The notes under the pieces are model-generated. The model was not told the DNA's origin. It searched no databases and saw only the letters and a program-made list of their open reading frames with translations. DNA of 24,647 bases from a virus (lineage: Duplodnaviria > Caudoviricetes): the IMG/VR virus record IMGVR_UViG_3300020374_001013, positions 1 through 24,647 of that record. One strand, written 5' to 3'. The translations under genes were made by a program, and so were the position numbers. Shown piece after piece: positions 16,273-24,647 of this stretch. Numbering within the stretch: position 1 is the first letter of the stretch; each line of letters opens with the position of its first letter.

Positions 16273-18819
16273 ATGGCCTCACCCGTGTGGCAAACAGCAT
16301 CAGGACTATTAGGCGTTATCAACGAACGTGATTATTATTCTGTGACTTTATCAGCCACAGATGCTGATGGAGATGATTTAACTTACTCCGTTATTGCAGG
16401 AACCTTACCCACAGGAATTGAACTTACTTCTGATGGTATTCTGCGTGGTGTGCCAACGGAGGTTGCAACAAGATCCCTTTACACCTTTGTTGTAAGAGCC
16501 TCCGACGGTACTAACGTGGCTGACAGGTCATTCAGCCTACAAATTCAAGGTGCAGACGTACCTGTGTTTTCTACAGCCTCTGGACAACTGGATCTTTCAG
16601 ATTCAACTAGAGTTGGAAACAAATGGGTCCTAGACGGATCATTTTTAAGTTTTCAAGTTGTAGCCACTGACACAGACACAGCAACAGGACAAACTTTAGT
16701 ATATGATATTGCAGAAGGATCTTTACCACCTGGCATCACAATGAGCACTTCAGGATTAATTTCAGGCACAGTGCTATTGACTGATGATGACAGATTTGGA
16801 GACATTGGTGGTTACGATAACACTTATGCATATGACGATATAGAATATGATCCTATTGTAAGACAAAAATCAAGATCAAAGAATTTTGAATTTACAGTAA
16901 GAGTATCGGATGGATCTAATGTGGCAACACAGATAAACAGTATTTTTGTTTACACTGCAGACTTTTGGAGAGTTGACAACAACAGAATAACAGTTGATCA
17001 AAACACATTTGAAGGCGTACCTTTGGTGATGAGTTTAAGTGCAAACAGAAGACCAATATTTGAAACTGATTCTGCACTAGGATCATTTAGACACGACAAT
17101 CAAGTTGTTATTAAAATTGATGTTGTAGACTTTGACAGTTTACAAGGTGCACTAACATATAGCATAGTTGATGGAGCATTGCCAACAGGACTAACAATTG
17201 ACAGCGCCACTGGTGAAATATCAGGACAACTTGGTGTACAGGCCGCGGTGTCGGTTGATTACAATTTTACAGTAAGAGCATCCAGAGAACCTATAAGCGG
17301 TGCCACTGTATTTGAAGACAAAAACTTTTCAATGACTGTGATTGGAAATGTAGATGTGGGAGTTGAATTTACAAGTGCAACAAACCTTGGCACTGTGATA
17401 GCAGGTATTCCAAGTTTGGTTTCTCTTGAAGCAACCACTGTTGAAGAAAATAGAGTTTTGGAATATGCTATAACCACAGGCTCTCTTCCAACTGGCCTTA
17501 CACTTTCTAAATCTGGAAACATAATAGGAAAAGTAGATAAAACAGAATTTACAACTGTAGATGAAAATGAAATTACATTTGACACAAACACTTTAAGTTT
17601 TGATAGAAAGTATACATTTACAGTTTCGGTTGGAGATAATTATCAAACAGTTTCAACTTCAAAAGAATTCAACCTTACAGTAAGTTTACCGTATGGAGTA
17701 GAATATGGAAACATGACTGCTGAAGGATTTGTTCCTAGCAGTGACAAAGATTTATTTTACCAAATTGCACAAGACCCAAACATTAACAACACAACATCAA
17801 TTTTTAGATCAGAAGACCCGTCGTTTGGTATGCCTAACAAACCTGAAATGCTTTTGATTGCAGGTGTGCAACATCAAACACTTAATACCTTACAATCACA
17901 AATGGAACAAAATCATACGCCTAAATCCTTATTTTTTGGTGAGTTAAAAACAGCAGTAGCAAAAGAAAATAATACAACAAAGTATGAAGTTGTGTATGTT
18001 GAAATGAAAGACAACCTTATTAACAATGCAGGAACTAGTATATCAAGTGAAATAACCTTAAGGCAGGATATTAACAAGCCAAGGATTGGTGCATTAGCAG
18101 ATGCAAACAAAATCAAAGCAGACTTTGACATTTACGACGTCACAACAGATGGTGGTTTAAGTTTTAGTGTTGCAGGTTCAAAAATAAGATATGCAAATTT
18201 ATTAACAGCAGATCTTGGCAATTTTGAAAAACTATTTCCAAATAGTGTGGTCAACATGCGTTCTAGAATTAAATCTCTTGGACAAAGAGAATATGTGCAT
18301 CTACCACTATGGATGAGAACTAGTCAGGATGGTTCTGGTGTTCCTCTTGGATATAAAATGGCCATTGTTTTGGCATATTGTAATCCAGGAGAATCGGGCA
18401 AAGTAAGAAAAAGAATCCTAGATAAAAATATAGACTTTAAAAAAATAAATTTTGTGATTGATAGATATAGAACAGATATTAATTTTGTTGATACTGGCAC
18501 CATAACAACAGATGGTAGCACTACGAATTTTGAAATGAACGAACTTGTACACGATGAAGATATCAAAATTAGAAATGATAGTGTGCAGTTAAGATTTGGT
18601 AAACTTATTAAAGCAGATAACAATTTATCGCCAACGTACCTTTCAGCAGATACACTGATAAGATCAGCAGATTTTGAACCTGATTTCAATCTAAGTCATG
18701 ATGCAACGACTAAAAAAACTACAATAAACTTTACAAATGCACCTACTAGCACTTCGAAAATAAGAGTGGAACGTAAAGGTGATAAATATCTAGCGTTTAA
18801 AAAGAAACTAAAAGAATAA
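16273..18819 (+). CDS. Large virion structural protein with tandem putative Ig/cadherin-like repeats (probable baseplate component)
   Basis: Four repeats of Y-x3-G-x-LP-x-G-(I/L)...G-x-(I/L)-x-G followed by (Y/F)-x-F-x-V; lies within the structural gene block. Confidence 0.8.
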   Translation: MASPVWQTASGLLGVINERDYYSVTLSATDADGDDLTYSVIAGTLPTGIELTSDGILRGVPTEVATRSLYTFVVRASDGTNVADRSFSLQIQGADVPVFSTASGQLDLSDSTRVGNKWVLDGSFLSFQVVATDTDTATGQTLVYDIAEGSLPPGITMSTSGLISGTVLLTDDDRFGDIGGYDNTYAYDDIEYDPIVRQKSRSKNFEFTVRVSDGSNVATQINSIFVYTADFWRVDNNRITVDQNTFEGVPLVMSLSANRRPIFETDSALGSFRHDNQVVIKIDVVDFDSLQGALTYSIVDGALPTGLTIDSATGEISGQLGVQAAVSVDYNFTVRASREPISGATVFEDKNFSMTVIGNVDVGVEFTSATNLGTVIAGIPSLVSLEATTVEENRVLEYAITTGSLPTGLTLSKSGNIIGKVDKTEFTTVDENEITFDTNTLSFDRKYTFTVSVGDNYQTVSTSKEFNLTVSLPYGVEYGNMTAEGFVPSSDKDLFYQIAQDPNINNTTSIFRSEDPSFGMPNKPEMLLIAGVQHQTLNTLQSQMEQNHTPKSLFFGELKTAVAKENNTTKYEVVYVEMKDNLINNAGTSISSEITLRQDINKPRIGALADANKIKADFDIYDVTTDGGLSFSVAGSKIRYANLLTADLGNFEKLFPNSVVNMRSRIKSLGQREYVHLPLWMRTSQDGSGVPLGYKMAIVLAYCNPGESGKVRKRILDKNIDFKKINFVIDRYRTDINFVDTGTITTDGSTTNFEMNELVHDEDIKIRNDSVQLRFGKLIKADNNLSPTYLSADTLIRSADFEPDFNLSHDATTKKTTINFTNAPTSTSKIRVERKGDKYLAFKKKLKE

Positions 18820-18820
18820 T

Positions 18821-19384
18821 ATGGCAAGTAATATAGTACCAGGTAATATTGACGGAACTTTCCCAATAGCAGGGCAGGACAATTCTTCTCAAGGATTTAG
18901 AGATAATTTTACTGCAATTAAAAATAATTTCACAACAGCAAATACAGAAATCACAGACTTACAAAACAACAAAGCATCAACAAATGCAGACACCAGTTTC
19001 AATGATCAAGTGGTATCAAGAGCAGTTTTAAAAGACACTGCAGAATCAGTTTACGATCATACAACGATAAGCACAGGTACATTAACTTTAAATCATGAAA
19101 ATGGAAATTTTCAAATAGCGACAATTACTGGAAACGTTGCTTTTGCATTTAGTAATTTTCCTGCATCAGGAAAACTTGGAAGAATAATTTTGTTAGCAAC
19201 AGTTGATCCAGGTGTAACTGCTTTGACAATGCCAAGTTCAGTAAAGAAAGCCAGTAACATTGAAGGAAGTGATGGATCATCTGTCACAGTAAATCCAGGA
19301 GTAGGCAGATACATGTACGAGTTTATGACACATGATGGCGGTACCACTGTATTCATGCATCAACTGGGTGATTACCACTCATAA
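18821..19384 (+). CDS. Probable virion structural protein
   Basis: FPIAGQDNSSQGFRDNFTAIKNNF N-terminus; TAAATA at 18783-88. Confidence 0.65.
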   Translation: MASNIVPGNIDGTFPIAGQDNSSQGFRDNFTAIKNNFTTANTEITDLQNNKASTNADTSFNDQVVSRAVLKDTAESVYDHTTISTGTLTLNHENGNFQIATITGNVAFAFSNFPASGKLGRIILLATVDPGVTALTMPSSVKKASNIEGSDGSSVTVNPGVGRYMYEFMTHDGGTTVFMHQLGDYHS

Positions 19385-19400
19385 TAATTAGGAGGTACCC

Positions 19401-19655
19401 ATGTACTTTCATCCCCTACAAGAAGAATTAGACAACATGTCCGAAGAAGAACTGGGCAACAGAATTCGTGAACTTTCAAAAAAATATGCCAGTGCCAAGA
19501 GATTTGGACGAAATCCCGACCTTCAAGCACAACTTCAAAAAGCACTCTTATCTTATCAACAGACTTTGAGAAACAAAAGAATCAAAGGTTGGGTTGAAGA
19601 AAATAAAAAAAGAAGAGGCGAACCAGATCTTGGTGAATTGATAAACGTAGACTAA
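19401..19655 (+). CDS. Hypothetical helical protein
   Basis: AGGAGG SD; coiled-coil-like 84 aa. Confidence 0.75.
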   Translation: MYFHPLQEELDNMSEEELGNRIRELSKKYASAKRFGRNPDLQAQLQKALLSYQQTLRNKRIKGWVEENKKRRGEPDLGELINVD

Positions 19656-19665
19656 TAATTACTAC

Positions 19666-20313
19666 GTGTCAAAAAAATATTTCAGTTGGAGTACAGGATT
19701 TAAATCTATAATTGTTGTAGACAGTGAACTGTTTAACAACGACTACACAGTAAAATTACATATTACCCCTGTTACCACAGACTTGCAAGAACAAGGAGAC
19801 TATTTTGAAAGGCTCAAAATGCTTTTTGAAAGTGTCTTGGCAAACACAATTACCGCACATCGAGATGAAAAACTCTATGACATATTGGAAAAAAATACTA
19901 ACAATAGGTTCATCCAATTACCAAGACAGCCATATGATCAATTGATGGCCGCAGTTTGTTTTACCAAGGCCAATGCAGTGATGCAAGGCAAAATTATTAT
20001 AAATGAACTGGAGTTGAGCAGTTATCAAGGTGACGGCATCACATATAGAATTGTTAAAGAAGGACCTGAAATAGAACTGTTGGATGTTGACAATTGGTTT
20101 CCAACCAAGTATAATAAGTTTGATCCATGGTGGTTAAGACCGGACACAGCAACCTATGATAAGATTTTGGACAAAGGCATTTATACAGGACACTACAGAT
20201 GGCACAATCAAGTTGCTGACATGGAAACGGTTGACAAAGAACATGTTGAACATGCTAAAATATTTGAATTCAACCCAAAGGTTTTAGATGGCGACAAAAG
20301 TAAAAATAAATGA
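19666..20313 (+). CDS. Hypothetical protein
   Basis: GTG start, 215 aa, fills the gap between neighbours. Confidence 0.75.
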   Translation: MSKKYFSWSTGFKSIIVVDSELFNNDYTVKLHITPVTTDLQEQGDYFERLKMLFESVLANTITAHRDEKLYDILEKNTNNRFIQLPRQPYDQLMAAVCFTKANAVMQGKIIINELELSSYQGDGITYRIVKEGPEIELLDVDNWFPTKYNKFDPWWLRPDTATYDKILDKGIYTGHYRWHNQVADMETVDKEHVEHAKIFEFNPKVLDGDKSKNK

Positions 20314-20809
20314 TTATGGTGACTGTGTTTATAGCGAAGACGCTGTAATTGATCTTTTATATCAGAATCCAGAACTAGACATTTCAAAAATTCCCACAGC
20401 AACAGATCAATACAATCAAGCACTGAGAGAACTAGATATAGAATTGCCTGAATTACCAACAGTGGCCAAAAGAAAAGAAAACTTATCACAGTTTGACGTT
20501 GCACATTATTCACAATGGCACATGCCAGAATCATACACTAAAACTGATGTAAAAAAATATCTGCTGGATAAATGCAACACTGAAGAAGAAAGAGACAGGG
20601 TTTTGATAGAGTACAAACTGTTTGAAGACAAAGGATTTACCAAAGTGCTACAATTTTTGATTTATTTTGTTGACACATTAAGGCAAAAAGGTGTGATATG
20701 GGGTGTAGGCAGAGGCTCAAGTGTTAGCAGTTTTTGCCTGTTTCTTATAGGAGTTCACAAAATTAATCCATTATTGTACAACTTAGATTATCGTGAATTT
20801 TTACGATGA
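20288..20809 (+). CDS. Stand-alone fragment of DNA polymerase III alpha (DnaE), N-terminal part of the palm/NTPase domain
   Basis: RVLIEYKLFEDKGF...WGVGRGSSVSSFCLFLIGVHKINPLLYNLDYREFLR matches DnaE GPGRGSAAGSLVAY-LGIT-IDPL-Y-LLFERFL. Confidence 0.85.
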   Translation: MATKVKINDYGDCVYSEDAVIDLLYQNPELDISKIPTATDQYNQALRELDIELPELPTVAKRKENLSQFDVAHYSQWHMPESYTKTDVKKYLLDKCNTEEERDRVLIEYKLFEDKGFTKVLQFLIYFVDTLRQKGVIWGVGRGSSVSSFCLFLIGVHKINPLLYNLDYREFLR

Positions 20810-20834
20810 TAAGTAATTGAACAAGGAGAACAGT

Positions 20835-21236
20835 ATGCCAGTATCAAGAGCACCAAGAAAAAGAATGTACAGAACCATGCAAGGCCGTATGGTTGATATA
20901 GAAAAATTAAGAGGAGCAAACGAACAGACTCCTGCTATAGGAAACATGCGAGTAAATGCACGTGGAGATATTCTTGGACCTGGAGGCAAAATTGTGAAAG
21001 CAAAAGAAAAGGTAATGAAAGAATATTACGAAACTCCTAAAGGCAGAGCACAGGACAATCCCAGAGCAAAGGCTCCACCTAAACCAAAATTACCACCACA
21101 ACCAAAAGTGGTACAGACACAGACTATGAATCCAACAGCAGTCAAACCTACTGTGACAAAAACTGTGTCGTCATTTAAACCTAAAAAAGAAACTCCAAAA
21201 TCTGGAATAGATGCCGCACTTGACGGTATAGAATAA
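20835..21236 (+). CDS. Hypothetical protein with Pro/Lys-rich tail (start ATG 20835)
   Basis: TAAGTA at 20810-15, AAGGAG SD, then ATG; AIGNMRVNARGDILGPGGKIV motif. Confidence 0.75.
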   Translation: MPVSRAPRKRMYRTMQGRMVDIEKLRGANEQTPAIGNMRVNARGDILGPGGKIVKAKEKVMKEYYETPKGRAQDNPRAKAPPKPKLPPQPKVVQTQTMNPTAVKPTVTKTVSSFKPKKETPKSGIDAALDGIE

Positions 21237-21248
21237 TTTTAGTATAAT
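21220..21248 (+). promoter_or_regulatory. Sigma70-type promoter for the groES-cytochrome b unit
   Basis: TTGACG(21220)-N17-TATAAT(21243); ATG at 21257. Confidence 0.7.
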
Positions 21249-21256
21249 AGTCTGTA

Positions 21257-21703
21257 ATGGGACAAATAGAAGACTTACAAGCAAAAGGATTTGGATCACA
21301 CGGTGGTAAAACATGGACCGTGGAAAATGACATTATACCTTTAAAGAAAAGAGTATTGGTATCGCACATGAAATTTGGTGAAATAAAAACCAAAGGCGGA
21401 ATAATTATGCCCGACGATGATGGATCGGAGCACGGTATTCACCCAAGATGGGCCAAAGTGTATGCTGTTGGCAGTCAACAAGAAGATGTAAAAGTTGGCG
21501 AATGGGTTATGGTAGCACATGGAAGATGGTCAAGAGCATTTAAAGTTAAAAAACAAGACACAGAATTAGACGTTCGAATGATTGATGAAAATGATATTTT
21601 ACTTGTATCAGACAATGATCCTGGGGATGAAGTTGCACAAAAGGCTGGTTACGTTAATATGGGTGGTGCAAAACAAATGACAAAATTGCCAGGTAATGAT
21701 TAA
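21257..21703 (+). CDS. groES: GroES-like co-chaperonin
   Basis: IIPLKKRVLV, KTKGGIIMPD, AKVYAVG, DVKVGEWV, IDENDILL. Confidence 0.88.
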   Translation: MGQIEDLQAKGFGSHGGKTWTVENDIIPLKKRVLVSHMKFGEIKTKGGIIMPDDDGSEHGIHPRWAKVYAVGSQQEDVKVGEWVMVAHGRWSRAFKVKKQDTELDVRMIDENDILLVSDNDPGDEVAQKAGYVNMGGAKQMTKLPGND

Positions 21704-21706
21704 TGT

Positions 21707-22966
21707 ATGGAAGAAGAAAAAAAATATAAACCAGTAAACACAAACAAAGTTTCGGAAAACACATCACCCTTTAAAGGTGTATTGGGTTGGCTAGACAACA
21801 GACTTCCTATATTTAGAATGTTCAAGCACGAGTACTTGGATTTCCAAGTGCCAAAAACTTTGACATACTTCTGGAGTTTTGGTGCAATATTGACATTTTG
21901 TTTACTAGGTTTGATAATCACTGGTCTAATACTAGGAATGCATTATAAACCATCAACAGCAGAAGCCTTTGACAGTGTTGAAAAAATTATGCGTGATGTC
22001 AACTATGGTTGGCTGATAAGATACATGCACATGAACTTAGCATCGTTCTTCTTTATTGCGGTGTATATTCACATGTTCCGCGGATTGTATTTTGGTTCTT
22101 ACAAATCACCTAGAGAACTAATGTGGATCTTAGGATTGATAATTTATTTCTTGATGGTAGCAACTGCATTTTTAGGATACACACTACCATGGGGACAGAT
22201 GAGTTTTTGGGGAGCAACTGTTATAACAAGTTTATTTGGTGCCATACCATATGTTGGTGAAACAATCACATATTGGTTATGGGGTGCATATTCAGTCGAC
22301 GATCCAACACTAAACAGATTCTATGTGTTACACTGGCTTATTGCGTTTGTAATATTAGGTGTTGTTGTTTTTCATGTCATTGCTTTACACATGACAGGTT
22401 CAAACAATCCAACAGGTGTTGAACCTAAAGACACCAGAGACACAGTAAGTTTTCATCCTTATGTCACAACAAAAGATTTATTTGCATTTTTAGTTTTTAT
22501 TTTGATATTTGCGGCATTTTTATTTTTTATGCCAAACTATCTTGGACACCCTGACAATTATATAAAAGCCAATCCACTAGTGACACCTGCACACATTGTA
22601 CCTGAATGGTACTTTTTACCTTGGTACGCAGTGCTGAGAGCAATACCTGACAAACTAGGCGGAGTAATTGCAATGGTGTCAGCAATCGGTGTTATTGGTT
22701 TACTACCATGGTTAGATACTAGCAAAATTAGAAGTTCAATTTACAGACCAATCTGGAAACAGTTTGTATGGATATTGGTAGCAGACTTTTTCTTATTGAT
22801 GTATTGTGGAGCCATGCCAGCAGAGCAACCCTTTGTGCTTCTAAGTCAGATAGGAACAGCATATTGGTTTTTGTTTTTCATAGTAATTGCACCTGTTGTG
22901 GGTTGGACTGAGAAACCTACGCCTCCTCCAGCGGCTATACACCTCTATAAAAAATCCAAAAAATGA
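21707..22966 (+). CDS. petB: Cytochrome b of the bc1 complex (full length, alphaproteobacterial type)
   Basis: Heme ligands RYMHMN...YIHMFRG and VLHWL...VFHVIALH; [14 protein letters not shown]; [10 protein letters not shown]; [10 protein letters not shown]. Confidence 0.97.
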   Translation: MEEEKKYKPVNTNKVSENTSPFKGVLGWLDNRLPIFRMFKHEYLDFQVPKTLTYFWSFGAILTFCLLGLIITGLILGMHYKPSTAEAFDSVEKIMRDVNYGWLIRYMHMNLASFFFIAVYIHMFRGLYFGSYKSPRELMWILGLIIYFLMVATAFLGYTLPWGQMSFWGATVITSLFGAIPYVGETITYWLWGAYSVDDPTLNRFYVLHWLIAFVILGVVVFHVIALHMTGSNNPTGVEPKDTRDTVSFHPYVTTKDLFAFLVFILIFAAFLFFMPNYLGHPDNYIKANPLVTPAHIVPEWYFLPWYAVLRAIPDKLGGVIAMVSAIGVIGLLPWLDTSKIRSSIYRPIWKQFVWILVADFFLLMYCGAMPAEQPFVLLSQIGTAYWFLFFIVIAPVVGWTEKPTPPPAAIHLYKKSKK

Positions 22967-23211
22967 CCGAGTTCACATGTGGTAAATGTGCAACCAACTT
23001 TTATCCTTGCGTTTACTGGTTCGATAGTTTATACTATACTAAATTCGACCATAGAAAAATTATTCCTTTTTGTGGTCCAAAATGCGTAGACGAATGGCAC
23101 AAAGAAAACAACGTAAAAGATTGGGAACTAAGAAAACCACCTTATCCAAAAGGAAAAGAGTGGCAAATAATTACACACCTATACCCTGCCATGTTTCAAT
23201 CGAAAAATTAG
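22963..23211 (+). CDS. Small putative Zn-binding protein (TRASH-like)
   Basis: CGKC...PFCGPKC; ATGA overlap with cytochrome b. Confidence 0.65.
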   Translation: MTEFTCGKCATNFYPCVYWFDSLYYTKFDHRKIIPFCGPKCVDEWHKENNVKDWELRKPPYPKGKEWQIITHLYPAMFQSKN

Positions 23212-23552
23212 TTACACTTGCAGAATTGGGTCTAGGAGTTGAAAGGCCTCTTAATGCAGAAAAAAGAAAATGGATTGCAAAACTGGCCAGAGAAGGCAGT
23301 GACCAACCTATACTAGTTACTCCAATAAAAGATTCAGGATATTATGTGTTAGCAGATGGTTGGCATAGAGTACAGGCCGCCAAAAAGAAAAACAAAAAAA
23401 CAATCTACGCACTACAGATTCCTGTAAGGGTTGGACTTACAATGGCAAAAGTTAACAAGTTATTAAGAGACATAGACAAAGAATTCAATTACAAATTGGA
23501 TACCAGTGGCATAGTGGCACACTGGGCAGTATTACAAGCAATGTTACATTAG
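23160..23552 (+). CDS. ParB/Sulfiredoxin-like domain protein (start uncertain, GTG 23160 likely)
   Basis: QPILVTP...YVLADGWHRVQAA. Confidence 0.75.
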   Translation: MANNYTPIPCHVSIEKLVTLAELGLGVERPLNAEKRKWIAKLAREGSDQPILVTPIKDSGYYVLADGWHRVQAAKKKNKKTIYALQIPVRVGLTMAKVNKLLRDIDKEFNYKLDTSGIVAHWAVLQAMLH

Positions 23553-23559
23553 GAGGAAA

Positions 23560-23679
23560 ATGAAAGTATCACAAAAAGCAAAAGCATATAAAACAACTAA
23601 ACAGACCTTAACAGGACTAGGACTTATTGGTTTATTATTTTTTTGTTTGTCTTTATTTTTAAATTACTTACAAAGTTAG
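23560..23679 (+). CDS. 39-aa single-TM peptide, absent from the ORF track
   Basis: AGGAGG SD; MKVSQKAKAYKTTKQTLTGLGLIGLLFFCLSLFLNYLQS. Confidence 0.65.
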   Translation: MKVSQKAKAYKTTKQTLTGLGLIGLLFFCLSLFLNYLQS

Positions 23680-23686
23680 GAGTAGT

Positions 23687-23770
23687 ATGGAACAGTTATT
23701 GCCTTTTATCACAGCCATGGTAATTGTGGTTGCCACAATATTAGCCATTGTGTATTATGTACCAATGTAG
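23687..23770 (+). CDS. 27-aa single-TM peptide, absent from the ORF track
   Basis: AGGAG SD; MEQLLPFITAMVIVVATILAIVYYVPM. Confidence 0.6.
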   Translation: MEQLLPFITAMVIVVATILAIVYYVPM

Positions 23771-23776
23771 TATAAT
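23748..23776 (+). promoter_or_regulatory. Possible sigma70-type promoter, leaderless
   Basis: TTGTGT(23748)-N17-TATAAT(23771); ATG at 23782 with no SD. Confidence 0.5.
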
Positions 23777-23781
23777 GAATT

Positions 23782-24647
23782 ATGAAAGAACTTTGGGTAG
23801 AAAAATATAGACCAGACACACTGAAAGACTATGTGGTTCGAGATGAAGCACAACGTCAGCAAATACAAGCATGGATCAAAGAAGGTGCGATACCACATTT
23901 ACTTTTATCCGGTGCACCAGGTGTGGGTAAAACTACATTGGCCAAAATACTGTTCAATGAACTAAAAGTGGATGGTTATGACATACTAGAAATAAATGCT
24001 TCAAGAGAGAACAGTGTGGACACAGTCAGAGACAAAATAATAAACTTTGTGCAAATCATGCCATTTGGTGCTTTCAAATATGTTTTACTTGACGAAGCAG
24101 ATTATATAACTCCAAACGGTCAAGCGGCACTCCGAGGTGTAATGGAAACATATCACACATCAGCAAGATTTATATTAACCTGCAACTATCCCAACAGAAT
24201 TATTCCTGCACTTCATTCAAGATGTCAAGGCTTTCACATAGAAACAATTGACAAAAATGAATTTACGGCTAGAGTGGCCACAATACTGATCGAAGAAAAA
24301 ACTGAACAGGATATCGAAACACTTGACACATATGTAAAAGCCACTTATCCAGATCTTAGAAAATGTATCAACATGGTACAGATGAACACACGAGATGGCC
24401 AACTTGTTCCGCCTGCGAAGGGGGATTCACATCAACAAGATTACAGATTAAAAATGGTTGAACTGTTCAAAGCAGGCAAAATTAATGAAGCAAGGAAACT
24501 GGTGTGTGCTCAAGCAAGGCCAGAAGAATGTGAAGAAATATATAGATGGTTGTATGACAACTTGGACATCATATCCAAAGACGAAGACTCTCAAGACAAA
24601 GCAATACTAATAATCAAACAAGGACTAGTTGATCATTCATTTGTTGC
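23782..24647 (+). CDS. Clamp loader AAA+ subunit (RFC small subunit / T4 gp44-like), truncated at window end; absent from the ORF track
   Basis: LWVEKYRP, SGAPGVGKTT (Walker A), LEINAS, LLDEAD (Walker B), QAALRGVME, FILTCNY, LHSRC. Confidence 0.93.
   Translation, partial: MKELWVEKYRPDTLKDYVVRDEAQRQQIQAWIKEGAIPHLLLSGAPGVGKTTLAKILFNELKVDGYDILEINASRENSVDTVRDKIINFVQIMPFGAFKYVLLDEADYITPNGQAALRGVMETYHTSARFILTCNYPNRIIPALHSRCQGFHIETIDKNEFTARVATILIEEKTEQDIETLDTYVKATYPDLRKCINMVQMNTRDGQLVPPAKGDSHQQDYRLKMVELFKAGKINEARKLVCAQARPEECEEIYRWLYDNLDIISKDEDSQDKAILIIKQGLVDHSFV

Noticed and set aside
13330-18819. Repeats as a CRISPR array or diversity-generating retroelement target
   Set aside because: Repeats are degenerate and protein-coding, with no fixed repeat-spacer period and no reverse transcriptase in the window
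20807-20900. TGA readthrough, selenocysteine or frameshift extending DnaE
   Set aside because: TGA is followed directly by TAA, and the downstream gene has its own SD and no DnaE motifs
21707-22966. Mitochondrial origin of cytochrome b
   Set aside because: Standard genetic code, bacterial-type N-terminal extension (WLDNRLPI), and tight packing with the flanking genes; assembly chimerism still needs read-level checking
1-24647. Interpretation as a bacterial chromosome or integrated prophage
   Set aside because: Host-like genes are isolated from their normal operons (petB without petA/petC, groES without groEL, sufE without sufS) and interleaved with virion genes; no integrase or att site seen

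Overview
An AT-rich, densely packed segment with almost all genes on the + strand, most likely from a large lytic tailed phage (T4-like/myovirus architecture). The host is probably an aquatic alphaproteobacterium; SAR11-like is an inference from AT richness and the cytochrome b type. Viral evidence: three tandem proteins with T4 gp9/gp10-like N-termini, an Ig-repeat structural protein, TAAATA late-promoter-like boxes, an RFC/gp44-type clamp loader, GroES without GroEL, and a stand-alone DnaE fragment. The window carries many host-type accessory genes: a CHASE2 adenylate cyclase with two paralogous small membrane proteins, DUF2061, a DEDDh exonuclease, a HIT hydrolase, a QueD variant, a glycosyltransferase, UvsE, Cu/Zn-SOD, a radical SAM enzyme, SufE, an A-type Fe-S carrier and an intact respiratory cytochrome b. 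Main highlights: (1) an orphan full-length cytochrome b among phage genes; (2) a preQ1-I-like pseudoknot that fills the leader of an atypical queD, a candidate phage riboswitch; (3) a membrane cAMP-signalling module; (4) a split, intein-less DnaE; (5) recurrent leaderless promoters. No tRNA, rRNA, CRISPR array or IS element was recognised. All family assignments are by visual motif recognition, not database search.
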